Assembly (NCBI RefSeq): GCF_037042905.1
Contig: NC_087252.1
Coordinates: forward strand, 17,982,001-18,046,000
Length of the DNA stretch: 64,000 bases
Reading direction: 5' to 3'
From: Lytechinus pictus
Lineage: Eukaryota
Numbering within the stretch: the first letter of the stretch is position 1; each line of letters begins with the position of its first letter. The notes under the pieces were generated by a model. The model worked only from the letters and a program-made list of their open reading frames with translations, ran no database searches and was not told the origin of the DNA. The position numbers and the translations under genes were made by a program. Shown in pieces: positions 23,390 to 37,420 of this stretch.

Positions 23390-24980
23390 AGGTTTGGGTG
23401 AATGAAACAAGGTCATATGGACTAAATAGTAACATTTATTAGACATTTAATGGCTTTAGTTAACAATGTATTGTAATATGATATTTATGTACATGTAGAT
23501 GCATCTCTTCGCCAAGAGTGGTACATGGGGCATATTGATGTATGCATGCTTTCTTTGGTCTCTCCACAACTTCATCTGTCTCATTTTCGCTCTTGTGAGA
23601 ACTTTAAATCATTCAATGAACTTCAAACTTGACTCAATGCTTGAGTGACTATCATGAAACAATTTGTTACTGACAACTGTTACAAGCTGCTGAAATCCTT
23701 TCATCTGATTGGCTCACGGAAACACAGTCAGTGGAAATCGCTGACAAAACTTTTCATGACATGCTCCAGTTTTGCCAGTTTTGGGGCTCGATGTTCGGGT
23801 AGGTGGAGCATAGTGTAGCGGTAATGAAGTGGAGTGGAGCCTGCACGAACATCGCTTGAGGTAGTCATAGGCGAGCCTTTGATGTTTTGACGTGTTTGCA
23901 CATACACACATGTATAGACAAATATGGTGGTTCATGAGAATTAAAACAACATCCAATAAGATTAATTGTATTATTTTGGAATTTGGGGCAGGGTTACTAC
24001 TACATAAATGTGTTTGTCCTACATGTATAGGTAGGCCAAGGAGTCCGCTAGTCCACATCAAATTATATACTACTGAAGCACCATGTAGTCGTGTCAAAAC
24101 ATCAAAGTCTTCCCTTATCAGTGGGATTCTTGCTGAAAGGCACAGTGCAGACTTTTTTTATTCAGGTGCCTAAACGTGCTCCTCATTTTCATTATCTTGC
24201 CATTACCTCTTCTATTCTTGCTGATTAGCTACTTGATTGATTCCATTAAAGTCATATCATGATCATTCTGGAATCACCATGTTCCCTGGACGATGCTAAA
24301 ATATAATCTTTTGGTTGATCTCATTTCTTTTCTCGCTGGAATTTGATCAAATAAATGTTGGTCTGAGATTATTATTTGTTGTATTTATTAAAATGATTAT
24401 CCTTTCATTTTTAAACAAAATAATGTGTTGTATTCACACTAAGATTTTAGCATTATACTTGTTTTTTAGTTTTCCTTTGATTTAGATATGAAATTACTAA
24501 TTAGCCACTTTGACTGAAGGTAAGGCTACATATTACAGCAGGATTCCTGCATGTATGTTTTTATTGATGACCCTCACATTACATCATGGCGAATACTGTA
24601 TATTGACTTGTCACGATTTCTTATTTATTCCATCTGTTTATCTATGTTTTATTTTTTAGTAATGTAGTCAGAAGTTAGCTTTTTATGTAAGATAGGTAGA
24701 TACTGTAGACAGGTAGATAGCATATTGTCACTGGGGTGTTCAAAGTTCACATCTCAAAATGTTTGTAAAATGAGGACACCTTAAAAAAATACTATATTTA
24801 GAAATATTGCAATGGTGCAAACCTCATATTGCTTCAAATCAGTCTCCTTATTCCTGTATAGAACTCTTTTGAATCAAGACAATATTACCATTTAAGTCAT
24901 AAGTCTAATATTTAGCTTTTCTCAGCTGTCTTCAGAACTTACATTTTGAGGTCCAAGATTTTTTTTTAACAGCCCATGTA

Positions 24981-25516
24981 CAGTGCATCCCACAAAAAAA
25001 GGAAACCTGTTTTCAGAGATAAATTTGTAACAATTATTAAAATCATTTTTTAAAAATGAATTTGATATTTATGGTAAGAGCGGAATCTTTTCTTTAATTT
25101 GAAACCAGGAGCTTAGCAAGTTATTCTCGCATGGCAGATTACAAGCAATAAATATTGAGGCATATAAGAAATCATTTGCGCAGAAATTTATGTGTGAATC
25201 TGAATACACTCTCATTTCTGGGATCGGTGAGAGAAACTTAACAAAGAATACAAAAGAATGGTATAGAGCCAATCATCGAATAAGCATCGTCATCGTATTA
25301 CGAACCAATCTTGTCCAAACTTTCTGCGCAACCTGATTTTGACATTAAAATTGCAAACTAGTCTTGCTCATTAATGCAGGAAGTGTTTGTCTTGCATTAG
25401 GTATTAAAATATAGAGGAATAAATATCGTATGGTGATGTAAATGCTATAGCTTACCGTAATTAATTTGCCTTTGAAGAAAAAGAAATCTAGTTTCCCTTC
25501 TTTCTGGGATGCACTG
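24981..25516. mobile_element. Tc1/mariner-like non-autonomous element; degenerate relative at ~63130-63641
   Basis: ta|cagtgcatcccacaaaaaaaggaaac ... gtttcccttctttctgggatgcactg. Confidence 0.7.
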
Positions 25517-27443
25517 TGTAGATGACATCGATGTATAGATAGGTTTCTTGTTTAATTATTTGCATGGTAAACAAAAGGTGAATGTTTACAGATGAAATCG
25601 ATTTACAAACACTAACAAGAAAGTATTTTGACAGTTCTACAATCAATGATGTGTACATGACATGGATCTCACAACTGTATCCTCTCTGTAAATTGTGTAA
25701 ATTTGTCTTGTATATTAATAGAATCACTTGACTCATTGCATGAATCATTTAAAATGATTTTCTTTCATGATTCATGAACATGATAATGGTGTAAATTGAA
25801 ATTCATTGATATAAATGAATAAATATATTGAATTTAATCATTAAAATGAAATTTCTCTTTTTACTCATTCTACAAATGTCAAGAATTAGGTAAAACAAAA
25901 TTATGAAGTATAATTCAAGCAATCTTGATAACTCCATGTATCCTACCATGCTGGATAGAATGATTGCTTTCTAAAATTCAATTTTGTTATATTGCATTAT
26001 TCAAATTCATAATTTCCTCTAGTATGATAATATGCCAACAGGAGTCTGTACTTGACAGGTATAGAAATCGATAATGCTTACAATTAGATCATAAAGAAGA
26101 TATTGAAGTACATCTGATGTACATTTCCTTTTTCTTTTGTTTTAGGTTGAGATATTTCCACATTGTGTTACGATATTATTTGTTAGCTTTCATGGGGGGA
26201 TTTTTAACATTTTGATGCTTATTCCCCAATTTTTGTGACAAACAAAGTTATGTGATATACAGCATAATATTGTTTGTTTAGACGGCAAGTTTCTGGCTCC
26301 TTTGTAGATTTTATTTCCAGTTCTTTTCATTGTTCTTTTTTTCAGCTTACTATGTATAAGCATATTACTAGTTAGTAGTGATAATAAACCTGAAAGATAT
26401 CTGAAAACAAGTATATGAGTACTTTGAATATTGTGGCTTTCAATTTTGTTTCCCGCATATCATGGGTTCATATTGAATATCACTTTATGCAGAGTAAGTG
26501 TATGTCGTACCAAAATACAGCATCAACTTTATAAATTTAGTTTCCCTTTTCTTTGTACACCGTATCTAATTGGTTTCATACGTAGAGAATCTTTATTGAA
26601 AAGTGAAAAGAGAGGGGGGATGATTCCGATGATAGAGAGAAAAGTAGAAAAGGGTAGATCAAAAGAAAGATATAAAGGAAAGGAAAGGAAAGAAAATAGA
26701 TAGAAGGAAGGAAAGCACGAAATGAAGACAGGAAGGAAGGAAAGGAGAAAGAAAGAAATGGGAGGGGAAAAAAGAGGTTAGTCCAGCTTAATTTGATGGA
26801 GAGGAGAGATATAGCATGAATAGGAAGGCCGGCGGCCGGACGTCCGGCAAACAGAAACAAAGTTGCCGCCCTCTACGTCAAGGTTAGGCGTGAAAAAGAA
26901 AGAGCAGGCGAGAAAGGTGAAACTCGGTGAATAGATCAACTCCTACTTGATTTACATTTAAAAACCTACTTTAAAAATAACAAAATGTGAATGAATGTTC
27001 CGTAAAAAGACAATGACAGCTGTTGAAGTTTAGTATTCAGAAGAGAATATGTATAATTTGGTCAGGTCTTTTATCGCGAGATCTTTTCCGGTTTTGCAGC
27101 TGTAGTACCGGTACGGTACCGTACTCTCAATGCAGAATTAATGCGATCTCAATGCATGCAATTAGTACGGGTGCCATCACGTTTTCGTGATACGGTCGTC
27201 CTCATTTCATATGACTATGAGCATGGGGGTGGATGATATGAGCCAAATCGCGCGCGGGCCACATTCAATTGGTATTGCCAGGATCACAATGAAATGGGTG
27301 TCCAGTCGATTGCTATGTCTCTCCACTAAAACTGGAGAAAAAAAATATGGAGAATGTCTATCAGATAATAAATATTATTATTAATATATTATTATCATGA
27401 TTATATCTTTGACTTGAAACTTAGTCTTGAGTTCGATAGTTAG

Positions 27444-28123
27444 TAGGGTGTCTGAAGCCACACTGAAAAGTGTCAGCATAAAACAGGCTGATTTAGGGGA
27501 AAATATGGCACATTTTTTCGGGGAAGTTCAGGCTACTAGAAAAATGTGATCTGAATTGATTATTAACTTTTGTTTGGCATGTATGGAAAGAGAAAATTCA
27601 GGGGCTTCTTTTGACGGTAAGGACAAGTTTATGATTATTTTAAATACGGATTTAGAGATAAATTGCAAACCCTTATTTTTGTGTGTGTTGAGATTGCCAT
27701 TTCTCCATGCGTTTTCTATGGGAAAATGAAGTTTCTGTTTTGCACAATTTTTTTCACTTTGTCGCAATTTTTCATTGTGATCTGGTTTCCAAATCTTTAT
27801 AAAAATTGTACCATCAGATAGAGCATAAAAAATCCTATTGGACTCTTTATGGACAAGTTTTTGGCATTAATAATAAATTTATAACAGCTCTCGGAAGCTA
27901 AAAATTTGGATTTGTGTGTGTCCATTTCTTAACTACACAGTCTATGGCAGAGAAATGCTGAAAATTTACCTAATTTCATTCTTCTTTTTTGCAGCCAATA
28001 ATTTGATTTTTTTCAAAAATGTTACATTTCTGTCAGTCTGAAGGTCATTTCTCTTCAAATTCACAAAGAAAATGTGATATTTTCTTGAAATAAGAAAAAT
28101 AATTTTTTTCTCCAGACACCCTA
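27444..28123. mobile_element. ~680-bp hAT-like element (TAGGG...CCCTA), lying between the arms of an older inverted repeat (~27319-27365 / 28124-28172)
   Basis: tagggtgtctg ... cagacacccta. Confidence 0.75.
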
Positions 28124-28479
28124 TCGATAGACATTCTCCATATTTTTTTTTTCAATTTTAGTGGATGGACATATATAAATAAACATACCGGGCGGTATAT
28201 CAAACTTAAGTCTAAAGATCAAGATTTTGGAAGTAAAAGTTGGATAGACCATGTAACTTTAGATTAGGCCTAGATAACAAAGAATAAAAGAATGGCTTTA
28301 TTCCGTCAAAATTATCAAGTCAAGACAAGTGTACGTCATTACCACGTCTACGTGCTGTGTGCAAAAATAATTATAAATTAACTTATTAAGTTAGATCTAT
28401 ACTATTACTAGAGACCGATAAATAACGTAATGATTCATTCTAACGTTGGGTCTAGCACTCGGCTATATTACGGGATAGG

Positions 28480-29160
28480 CTGAAGCCACACTGAAAAGTG
28501 TCAGCATAAGACAGGCTGATTTAGGGGGAAATATGGCACATTTTTTTCGGGAAGTTCAGGCTACTAGAAGAATGTGATCTGAATTGATTATTAACTTGTG
28601 TTTGGCATGTATGGAAAGAGAAAATTCAGGGGCTTCTTTTGACAGTAAGGACAAGTTTATATGATCATTTTAAATAAGGATTTAGGAGTTTAGAGATAAA
28701 TTGCAAACCCTTATTTTTGTGTGTGTTGAGATTGCCATTTCCCCATGCGTTTTCTATGGGAAAATGAAATTTCTGTTTTGCACAATTTTTTCACTTTGTC
28801 GCAATTTTTCATTGTGATCTGGTTTCCAAATCGTTATAAAAATCACACCATCAGAAAGAGCATAAAAAATCCTATTGGACTCTTTATGGACAAGTTTTTG
28901 GCATTAATAATAAATTTATAACAGCTCTCTGAAGCTAAAAATTTGGATTTGTGTGTGTCCATTTCTTAACTACACAGTCTATGGCAGAGAAATGCTGAAA
29001 ATTGACCTAATTTCATTCTTCTTTTTTGCAGCCAATAATCAGATTTTTTTCAAAAATGTTACATTTCTGTCAGTCTGAAGGTCATTTCTCTTCAAATTCA
29101 CAAAGAAAATGTGATATTTTCTTGAAATAAGAAAAATAATATTTTTCTCCAGACACCCTA
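28480..29160. mobile_element. Second, same-orientation copy of the 27444-28123 element with a damaged left end
   Basis: Near-identical from ctgaagccacactgaaaagtgtcagc to ttctccagacacccta. Confidence 0.85.
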
Positions 29161-29508
29161 CTACTAGATGATCTATTTCTGTCAGGGATATGCTCTAGCT
29201 CCTCTCTCTGGCTCTGTTGAGACTTACGGTAAATTCGACTCGCTATGGCACGCATAGGCGGCATCCCCTCCGACGTGGATGGCGCCTGGCCCAGCCTGGC
29301 GGCCATTGGGCTCGTAGTGGTGCATGGTGGAGCTCCACCGACACTAACCCAGGGAGCTTGGGCCTTGGCCCACAAAGCGGAAAATTTTGTGTGTTTTCCT
29401 TTGTTTACAAAGGACATTTTGCAAATTTCCTGTAGAAAAAATTATGACACTAATGGATTTCCATAGAGTTACGATTGATTGGATCAATCATGACTCTTTT
29501 AAAGACAG

Positions 29509-29896
29509 GGCCCAGGAGTCGTCCGTGTAATATTAGGCAGAGGGTACTCTCCAAAATAGTGTAGAATGGGGTTGCAATTTAGCATGAATAGCACCCCAAA
29601 TAAAAGGGGAAAAATAAATTATGTACCTCCATTATATGGATGAAGGTCTATCATGACACAGAATCCTGACATAGCTGCATAGAGGCACAAACTGGACCCT
29701 CAAAAAACGGAAAAGTTCTGTCTCGTTCTCCTTTCAAAATTGAAAACAAAATGGCCGATCGATGCAGAGAACGAACGCGACATAGAGGTCTAACATCCTT
29801 TTTTTTTTGAGGGTCCAGTTTGTGCCTCGATGTCAGGACCCCATTCTGGAGAGTACCCATGTCTGCCTGATATTACACGGAAGAGTCCTGGGCTCC
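29509..29896. mobile_element. Imperfect palindromic (fold-back) element
   Basis: gggcccaggagtcgtccgtgtaatattaggcaga pairs with tctgcctgatattacacggaagagtcctgggctcc. Inner arms gaggcacaaactggaccctcaaaaaa / ttttttgagggtccagtttgtgcctc. Confidence 0.7.
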
Positions 29897-29969
29897 GACC
29901 GGCCCACGAACCGACACCTTACTACTGCATCTATGGAAAAAAGGTGCGATTTTGCACCCGCCTTGATTA

Positions 29970-30803
29970 CTGTACAAGCTGTTATTTTCGCGTACAGAAT
30001 TTTTCGTGAATTGCGGGGGTTTCGACATCATCGCGGGTTGTTAAATTCGCGATCGGAAGATGAACGAATCATTTCAGAGAAGCAAACCATGTGCAAAACT
30101 ATGCTTCTCAAAGATGCCAAGCTGATGTGTGCTTTATACATAAATATGTCCCGGTAAAGACAGTTACAAACTTTAAGTGTAGAAATAAGTGGCTTAAATT
30201 TAACTTTTTTTGTACCTTTAGATCTGAAAATTCATCATGTCACGGTTTGATCTGTAAGAGTAATCTTTTGAAGAACTTTGTGTTTTGTTAAATTCACTTT
30301 GTAAAAAGTTGGTTTCAGTGCAAAAATGTTGCATTTTGTGAACAGAATCTTACACTTTTAAAAGCTCTGGTCATGTGACTTATGAATATTAATGAGTATG
30401 CAAATAGCTGCCAATACGTGTGTATGTAGTCAATCAGATGACAATAAAATCAAATTATTTCATGGAAAATACATTGTAATATTACAGTGAGTGAATAAAT
30501 ATCGATAGAATTATGTTAGAAAATAGTTTAGGCTCTGATTTTGTTTGAGAAATAAAAAAGTGAAATTCTAGCGAACTTTTTGAATCACTAACTACTTTCT
30601 AAACCTTATGTTTTGTACACATAGAGGTGCATATCTAAATTTATTCATTCGGACGTTTTCAATAGCAAAACTTTGCTGTTAGGGATATTGGCACTGACCT
30701 AATACATGTGTCAATATTTTCGCATGTTGTTATATTCGCAGCCGATCGGCAATTTGCAAAATCCGCGAAAATAAAACCCCTGCAAAAATAACAGCCTATA
30801 CAG
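29970..30803. mobile_element. TA-flanked MITE (Tc1/mariner-type ends)
   Basis: ta|ctgtacaagctgttattttcgcg ... tgcaaaaataacagcctatacag|ta. Confidence 0.7.
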
Positions 30804-31505
30804 TAATCCTAAATTTTGCTTTTTGACGTGTGACAAAGGAAGAAATGATAAAGATATTAAATACAATCAGCTTAGCACCTTTCCGAAAAATATGCTGGAA
30901 AATAGCGAATTTTTATGACAAACGGATCAGGAACCAGCCAGGTTCTTTGATTGCCGTCAGCTACAGCTGAGCATATGGACGCGCGCGCCAGTAGATTGGC
31001 TTGTGGGAAAAACTTGACAAACATCGATTGATTGAATGGCTTGCCGCCGATCGCTAATCGATTAGCAAAATTTACACTGTTCGAATATTCATGTTTGAAG
31101 AATCACACTCAGTTACAGTACATCAGCACTGTGAGCTGCCTGTGCGGTAATGTTCACCCTTTTTTTAAGCTTATCAATTTGCTCTCATTTCTTTATTTCT
31201 TCATCAAATTTGATCACACTGGGTACAAATGATCCTTGGGTACTGCATGTGTATTCCTGAGGGTGAAAAGGTCAAAGGTCATCTAGGGGTCAAAATATTA
31301 TATTGCTCATTTTATTGATCATGGGTCACACCCACCTTGTTTTGCCATTATGATTCATTCTTTAATTGCACAATGTTGGCAGCTCTGCCAATTGTGTAGT
31401 CCTACTGCTATTTCTTTTGAATATTGTCCATAATTATGTTGATGTAACATTTCCTATATCGGGTTAATGCAGGAAACTGGCTGGCGCACCTGTACGGTCA
31501 AGACA

Positions 31506-31660
31506 ATGGAGTACAATTATGTCCATGATCGACAGGGGAATCGCTCTAACCAAGCAAACAGCCAGGGACAGTCTCAGATCCAGCCGCCACTACATTTTGA
31601 GCACCAGCAATATCCTCCACGAGCACACCATGCTATGCCAACAGGGTACCATGGAACAAG
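31506..31660 (+). CDS. PR/SET zinc-finger gene 2, coding exon 1
   Basis: Acceptor aatgcag|31473; MEYNYVHDRQGNRSNQ...GYHGTR; donor AG|gttagt (phase 2). Confidence 0.8.
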
Positions 31661-31792
31661 GTTAGTATATACCATCACCTGCAGTATCCTATCACACACC
31701 ATGCCATTCAGACGAGATACCACAGACTAGGGAAAGTATTAAAGCATCACAGATAAGAAGGGCTGTGGTGTAGTGGTTCTGACTCTAGTTAA

Positions 31793-32383
31793 AGGACAAG
31801 TCCACCCCAACAAAATGTTGATTTGAAAAAAAAGGAGAAAAATCCAACAAGCAAAAAACTGAAAATTTCATCAAAATTTGATGTAAAATAAGAAAGTTAT
31901 GAAATTTTAAAGTTTTGCCTAATTTCACAAAACAGTTATATGCACATTCTGGTCTGTATGCAAATTGGCAGACTGATGATGTCACCCACTCACAATTTCT
32001 TTTGTATTTTATTATATGAAATATGAAATATTTTAATTTTCTCGTCAAGTGCAACAAAGTTTTATTTCTCCCTGAACATGTGGAATTACCATTATTTTAA
32101 CAGTTTTTGGTTTAAGTTATTGGTCCTTGTTGTCAAATCTGTAAAAATTGAAATATTGTATTATTCAAACAATAAAAAACAAAAGAAATAGTGAGTGATG
32201 GACATCATCGACTCTCCCATTTGCATAGTTGTGCATTTAACTGTTTTGTGAAAAATGAGCGAAACTTAAAAATTTCATAACTTTCTTATTTTATATCCGA
32301 TTTCAATGAAATTTGCAGCATTATGTGTGTTTGATTTTTCTCTATCGATTCAAATCAACAATATTCTGGGGTGGACTTGACCT
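31793..32383. mobile_element. TTAA-flanked Kolobok-like element; homologous copy at 47938-48500
   Basis: ttaa|aggacaagtccacccc ... ggggtggacttgacct|ttaa. Confidence 0.8.
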
Positions 32384-33699
32384 TTAATTTTAAAGGGATA
32401 TTCTGGGCTGAAAATATTTAAATGGAGTAAAATTTACAGAACAAAATGCTGAAAATTTCATCAAAATCGGAATACAAATAACGAAGTTATTGGATTTTAA
32501 AGATTTGCATTATTCCAATGAAATAGTTCGAGGCATGTCTTTATGAATATTCATTAGGTGGGCTGACGATGTCACATCTCCACTTTCCTTATTCTCATGT
32601 TATTACAAGCAATCAATTGTTTCATTTTTTCATAAATGTGTAAATGTGTCTCCATTATGATAAAATAAGTTGCAGCAAGAAATAACTAAATGCACTTAAT
32701 CATTTGTCAATCCCAATTCTCGCTACCCCAAATAGCGATTTCGCCGAGATCCGGGAAAATCCCTTTAACGCGCATTGCATTATGGGATAGCTTTTCGGTA
32801 TTACAACTTCCTGTTCGGAAGTCCAATGCACTGTTTTGCCATTCAGATCAACAGTGCCGTCATGCACAACACAACGTCGCTTTCGCTCGGAAAGTTCGTG
32901 ATAACAACCCTCTCTTTCACGATACAGTTTAACGGCCTTTTTTGCTATAGTCACTAATTCTGCCCGATATTCCTCTGTCAGTTAAGATTTTTATAAGTTC
33001 CAAAACTGATTTTTTATCAATTTTGTGGTCGACTAAAAATTGAACGGAATGAATGCTGTATATATTTAGCGTCTAGTCGAATACGATCGTCATGTCAGGC
33101 CGGTCGCTAAATGCAAAATTTTAAGATATTCATTTTTTGTTTAATTTTTTTATAACAAAATAAAAACATGAATAAAAATTATTTTCACGTAAAATTTATT
33201 TATAATTTTTATTTATAATTCAAATGGAATCAAAACTGACCAAATTAAATGAAAAGTATTATAATCTGTACATAATACGCTGATTGGCATCGATTTCAGC
33301 GTGGTGGAAAACTCAGTATCGCGAACCTCGCGTGAGCATGACTCTGACCCGGAAGTGGTGATGACGACCCGACGGAGTGAAAATTATCTCGTCCCGCGCA
33401 TTATGAGATTTTTGTTCCTATTTGGGGTAGAGAGAATTGTTTTAGTTCTTGGTAGAAATTTTTTGAATAAACCTTATTTCATAAAATAAAAAACAGAAGA
33501 ACAAACTGTGGGGATATGACATCAGCCTATGAGGCACCGAATGTACCAATATTATATAGAACAATTATTTGTTATATAATCATTATTTATTAAATAATAA
33601 CTATTATTTATATATAATTTACATTTTATTTGTAAATAACTACTATTATATAAAGTATCATTTCTAATTATTTATATATAATTCCAAGTAATACTTCAT

Positions 33700-34460
33700 T
33701 ATTTGTAAATAATAATAGTTCGACATTCCATTATTTATAAATAATGATTATTTGTTTTTCATTATTTATAAATAATGATTATTTGTTTTTCATTATTTAT
33801 AAATAATGATTATTTGTTTTTCATTATTTACAAATAATGATTATTTGTTTTTCATTATTTATAAATAATGATTATTTGTTTTTCATTATTTACAAATAAT
33901 TATTTGTTTTTCATTATTTATAAATAATGATTATTTGTTTTTCATTATTTATAAATAATGATTATTTGTTTTTCATTATTTACAAATAATGATTATTTGT
34001 TTTTCATTATTTATAAATAATGATTATTTGTTTTTCATTATTTACAAATAATGATTATTTGTTTTTCATTATTTATAAATAATGATTATTTGTTTTTCAT
34101 TATTTATAAATAATTTGTTGAGTTTTCCATTATTTATAAATAATGATTATTTGTTAAATAATGAAAACGTCTACTTCATTATTTATAAATAATTTTTTCG
34201 AGTGCACCATTATTCTCATTATTTATAAATAATAATTATTTAATGTTCGAGTTTTCCATTATTTATAAATAAAGATTATTTGTTAAATAATGAAATATCT
34301 ACTTCATTATTTATAAATAATAATTTTGTTTCAATATCCCATTATTTATAAATAATCATTATTTATAAACAATTTTTACAGTTTGCCATTATATACAAAT
34401 AATCATTATTTATATACAAATAACCATTATTTATTAAATAATGCCATTATTTATTAAATA
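33700..34460. repeat. 31-bp AT-rich minisatellite containing an 18-bp palindrome
   Basis: Unit cattatttataaataatgattatttgttttt, about 12 regular copies from 33729 with degenerate flanks. Confidence 0.9.
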
Positions 34461-35685
34461 ATGGAAAACTCGCTATAACATGCAAATGTGGGACCGCCCA
34501 TGATATGAATATTCATGATGCGATTTCCTTTTTCGTGATTTTTCTTCACAAATTTTTGTCCATTTCCTCTTCATAATGACATTTCTTGAAGCAATTTTCT
34601 AGGGATATGGTCTGATTGTAATATTCTTCATTTTCTATATAACTTCGTCTTCGTAGAAATATCAAAAAGTGTAATTTTATACGATTTTTCCTACAGTTCA
34701 CAATCCCCATAGGCGCGCGTGTATCGTAGGGACAACCGGTGAATCGACGGAGTGCTCTTCATCGAAATACTACGTTGGTTGGTCCCCGGAAGTGGCGGGC
34801 GGAATTTAGCCAGAATCCTCGATGGAAGTCGATCAAGTGCATATGAGCTGAGAGAGTGAAATATCAGTGTACTTGTACAGGCCCTTCTACTTTTTATAAA
34901 TATTTCTTGTTGCTTTTTTTGTTAAGTTAATTTTTCCTGGTGTAGAGATAAGTTTCAGTTCTAATAATGCACTTCAAATACATTTTGGAGTGTCTGTTTG
35001 AGGCGTTTGGGGCGATTTCACCCTGGCCCCAAAATGCTCGCAACGACAATACGGGGGCATGATGACCCCTAAATTTTTAAAAACTTATTTTTCTATTGAA
35101 AATTATCACAAAATTCACCAAAAGTGTGCACGAAAGCCTTCGTATTTCACTTTTAAAACTCCAAAAAGTGCCCAAATGACAAGCTTGGTCGCTTCGCTGT
35201 GTCGCTTTCAACTTGACCATGTCAGTGTACACTTCTGCCTACCATTTCCTGGGACAAATTTGTCAGTGATACATGTGTATTTGTATTGAGAAGATGTAGC
35301 ATTTGGGTGATGTGTTATCTTGGGAGACACATACTCATGGGGGTTCCCCTCCCAGAGAGATGTGCTCCAGAAGAGAAGGAATCTTGGGCCCATTTCATGA
35401 AACTTGGTATGATAACAAATTTGCAATAACAGTTTTAAGCTACTGAAATCATTTGATTTGATTGGCTGTTGATGAGCTTGTTATAGAAATTGTGTCATTA
35501 TAACAAGTCTCTGTGAAACAGGAATCTGACCCGTTACATTTGTACCTTGTACTTTTATAGAATATGGCTCCTCTATTATTGCAACAACAAAGTTACTTTT
35601 ATTAGTCTTTCAAACATCTGAATCAGTTTAGAAGTATTCATGAGAGTATTTCCCCCTTGTCCTCACTCTACCTTACATACCCTAG

Positions 35686-35879
35686 ATTTTCCCAAGACAT
35701 CAACTCTCTGCAAGCTCCAAGTAACGTAGCGTGTACTGCCCCTGGTCCGGCACAGAGCTTGGTAGGACTCCTCCCTCCAAGGGTACCCATTAGCTCTGGA
35801 TCAGCTCGCATCACCAACAGTGAGAGTCCAGGACAGACAGGACACGACTATGATCACGTCCTTACCGCTGCTATGCAAG
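35686..35879 (+). CDS. PR/SET zinc-finger gene 2, coding exon 2
   Basis: cctag|A TTT TCC: RFSQDINS...YDHVLTAAMQ G|gtaaat. Confidence 0.85.
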
Positions 35880-36447
35880 GTAAATAGCAAAAAAATGATA
35901 TTGGCGAAATTTGGAGGAAAATCCATCATAATTTTTTTTATTTGTGATGTCGTATGCGAGCAGCCTCCCATGTATCGTGAATTACAAAAAATCATTGAAA
36001 TGTAATTTTCTCCAAACATTGAAAATGGGCTTTATTTATTCCCATGTATCATGAATTAAAAAAAAAAATCAGTGAAATGTCATTTTCTCCAAACATTGAA
36101 AATGGGGTTTATTTTACCTTCAGTATATCAACAGACAAGTTATTTCACACCTGCTCATGAAAGATGAACATTTTTAGTCATGAACTATTGAAAAATTGAA
36201 ATTAATGCATTCATATTTTTAATACATAACAAATGGAGCAACTGCTTGTATATGACGTTATAAAGAATTCAAATTCAAATAATTTAATCTTAAATGGAAT
36301 TTCCTCAAATTGTCACCGATATTTATATTATTTTTTTTAACTTTAAGTTATAATTTAGTACAATATGGGTGCAACACATTGTTGTTTTTTATATTCTGTT
36401 CGTTTTGTCGTATTTCTCATTGTGATATCATTTTTTTTCTATTTTAA

Positions 36448-36842
36448 AGCTAAATGACAGTAGTTGCAGTGAAATACTGATTTCGTTAGAAAGTCTGTAA
36501 AACCAAGGTTAAGTATTACTATATCATCGTGGATCTAGATCTGGTACAGTTACATAAACTGAACTTTGTGAAATCATAATATCTAAGCTAAAAAACGATC
36601 ACACTGAAGATCGTTAACACAGATAGGCACACGTTGGACAGTGTATTATTATTGCTGGAATAAAGACCCGACTGAAGTGACAGAATCCGCGCTTATTTTG
36701 CTTATTTCTCGGCAATTACACAATTTCTTCCAGAATACTTTGGCACATATTTTTTATTCATACAAACAGACACTTTGGTGATCATTATATTAAATTCTGT
36801 AAAAAGTCATTTTGAGATCGTCCCCACAACTGGAATTTATCT
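36448..36842. mobile_element. TTAA-flanked Kolobok-like element ending 30 nt before the gene 2 exon 3 acceptor; partial relative at ~49470-49680
   Basis: ttaa|agctaaatgacagtagttgc ... caactggaatttatct|ttaa. Confidence 0.65.
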
Positions 36843-36872
36843 TTAATTTCCCATTGCTTCGCCATGTGGCAG

Positions 36873-37420
36873 AAATCCAACAGGTGTCCACTTCACTGTC
36901 AAGCACAGAAGCAACTCGGCCTCAACAACAACCGACAACTCTCAACTCCCTACAAGGTCCCAACTACCTCATTGAAGACCTCTCCAACTCAACCAACAAC
37001 AATGTTGCTGCAACTCCGAGCATGGGCCGTGCAACACTGTCTCTCTGCACTCCTGCCTCAAGCAATATTGATGCTGACGGTCTAACGACTGTGACCGCGA
37101 AGAAGAAGGGTCCTCATGCCAAAGCAAAGAAGGGAAGTCTTCCGCAGCCGCTGCCTGTGGCTCAATGTCAGCATGAGAAAGTTCAAACTGTCATGAAATA
37201 CTGTCAGACGGAATCCTTGTTCGATGAGACTTGGAGAGCGGAAGGGATGAGGGCAGAACCGTCCGGTCTTCCTTCGGGCCTGGCATTCATCAGAACATCA
37301 GAGTGCAAGATCAAGGGTGTGATCTCAACTAAAGACCTGCTAGAGGGAAAGAAGTTTGGGCCATACACGGGAGAGTTTGTGAAAGAAGTTATTGGCGGTT
37401 GCAATCCGTCAACTTGGGAG
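36873..37420 (+). CDS. PR/SET zinc-finger gene 2, coding exon 3
   Basis: gtggcag|AA ATC is the phase-1-compatible acceptor; ...KKFGPYTGEFVKEVIGGCNPSTWE|gtaaat. The 5' boundary is less certain. Confidence 0.8.

Noticed and set aside
22138..23446. Overlapping antisense and alternate-frame ORFs in the zinc-finger exons (also in genes 2 and 3)
   Set aside because: Expected shadows of coding sequence, with no consistent start, stop or motif.
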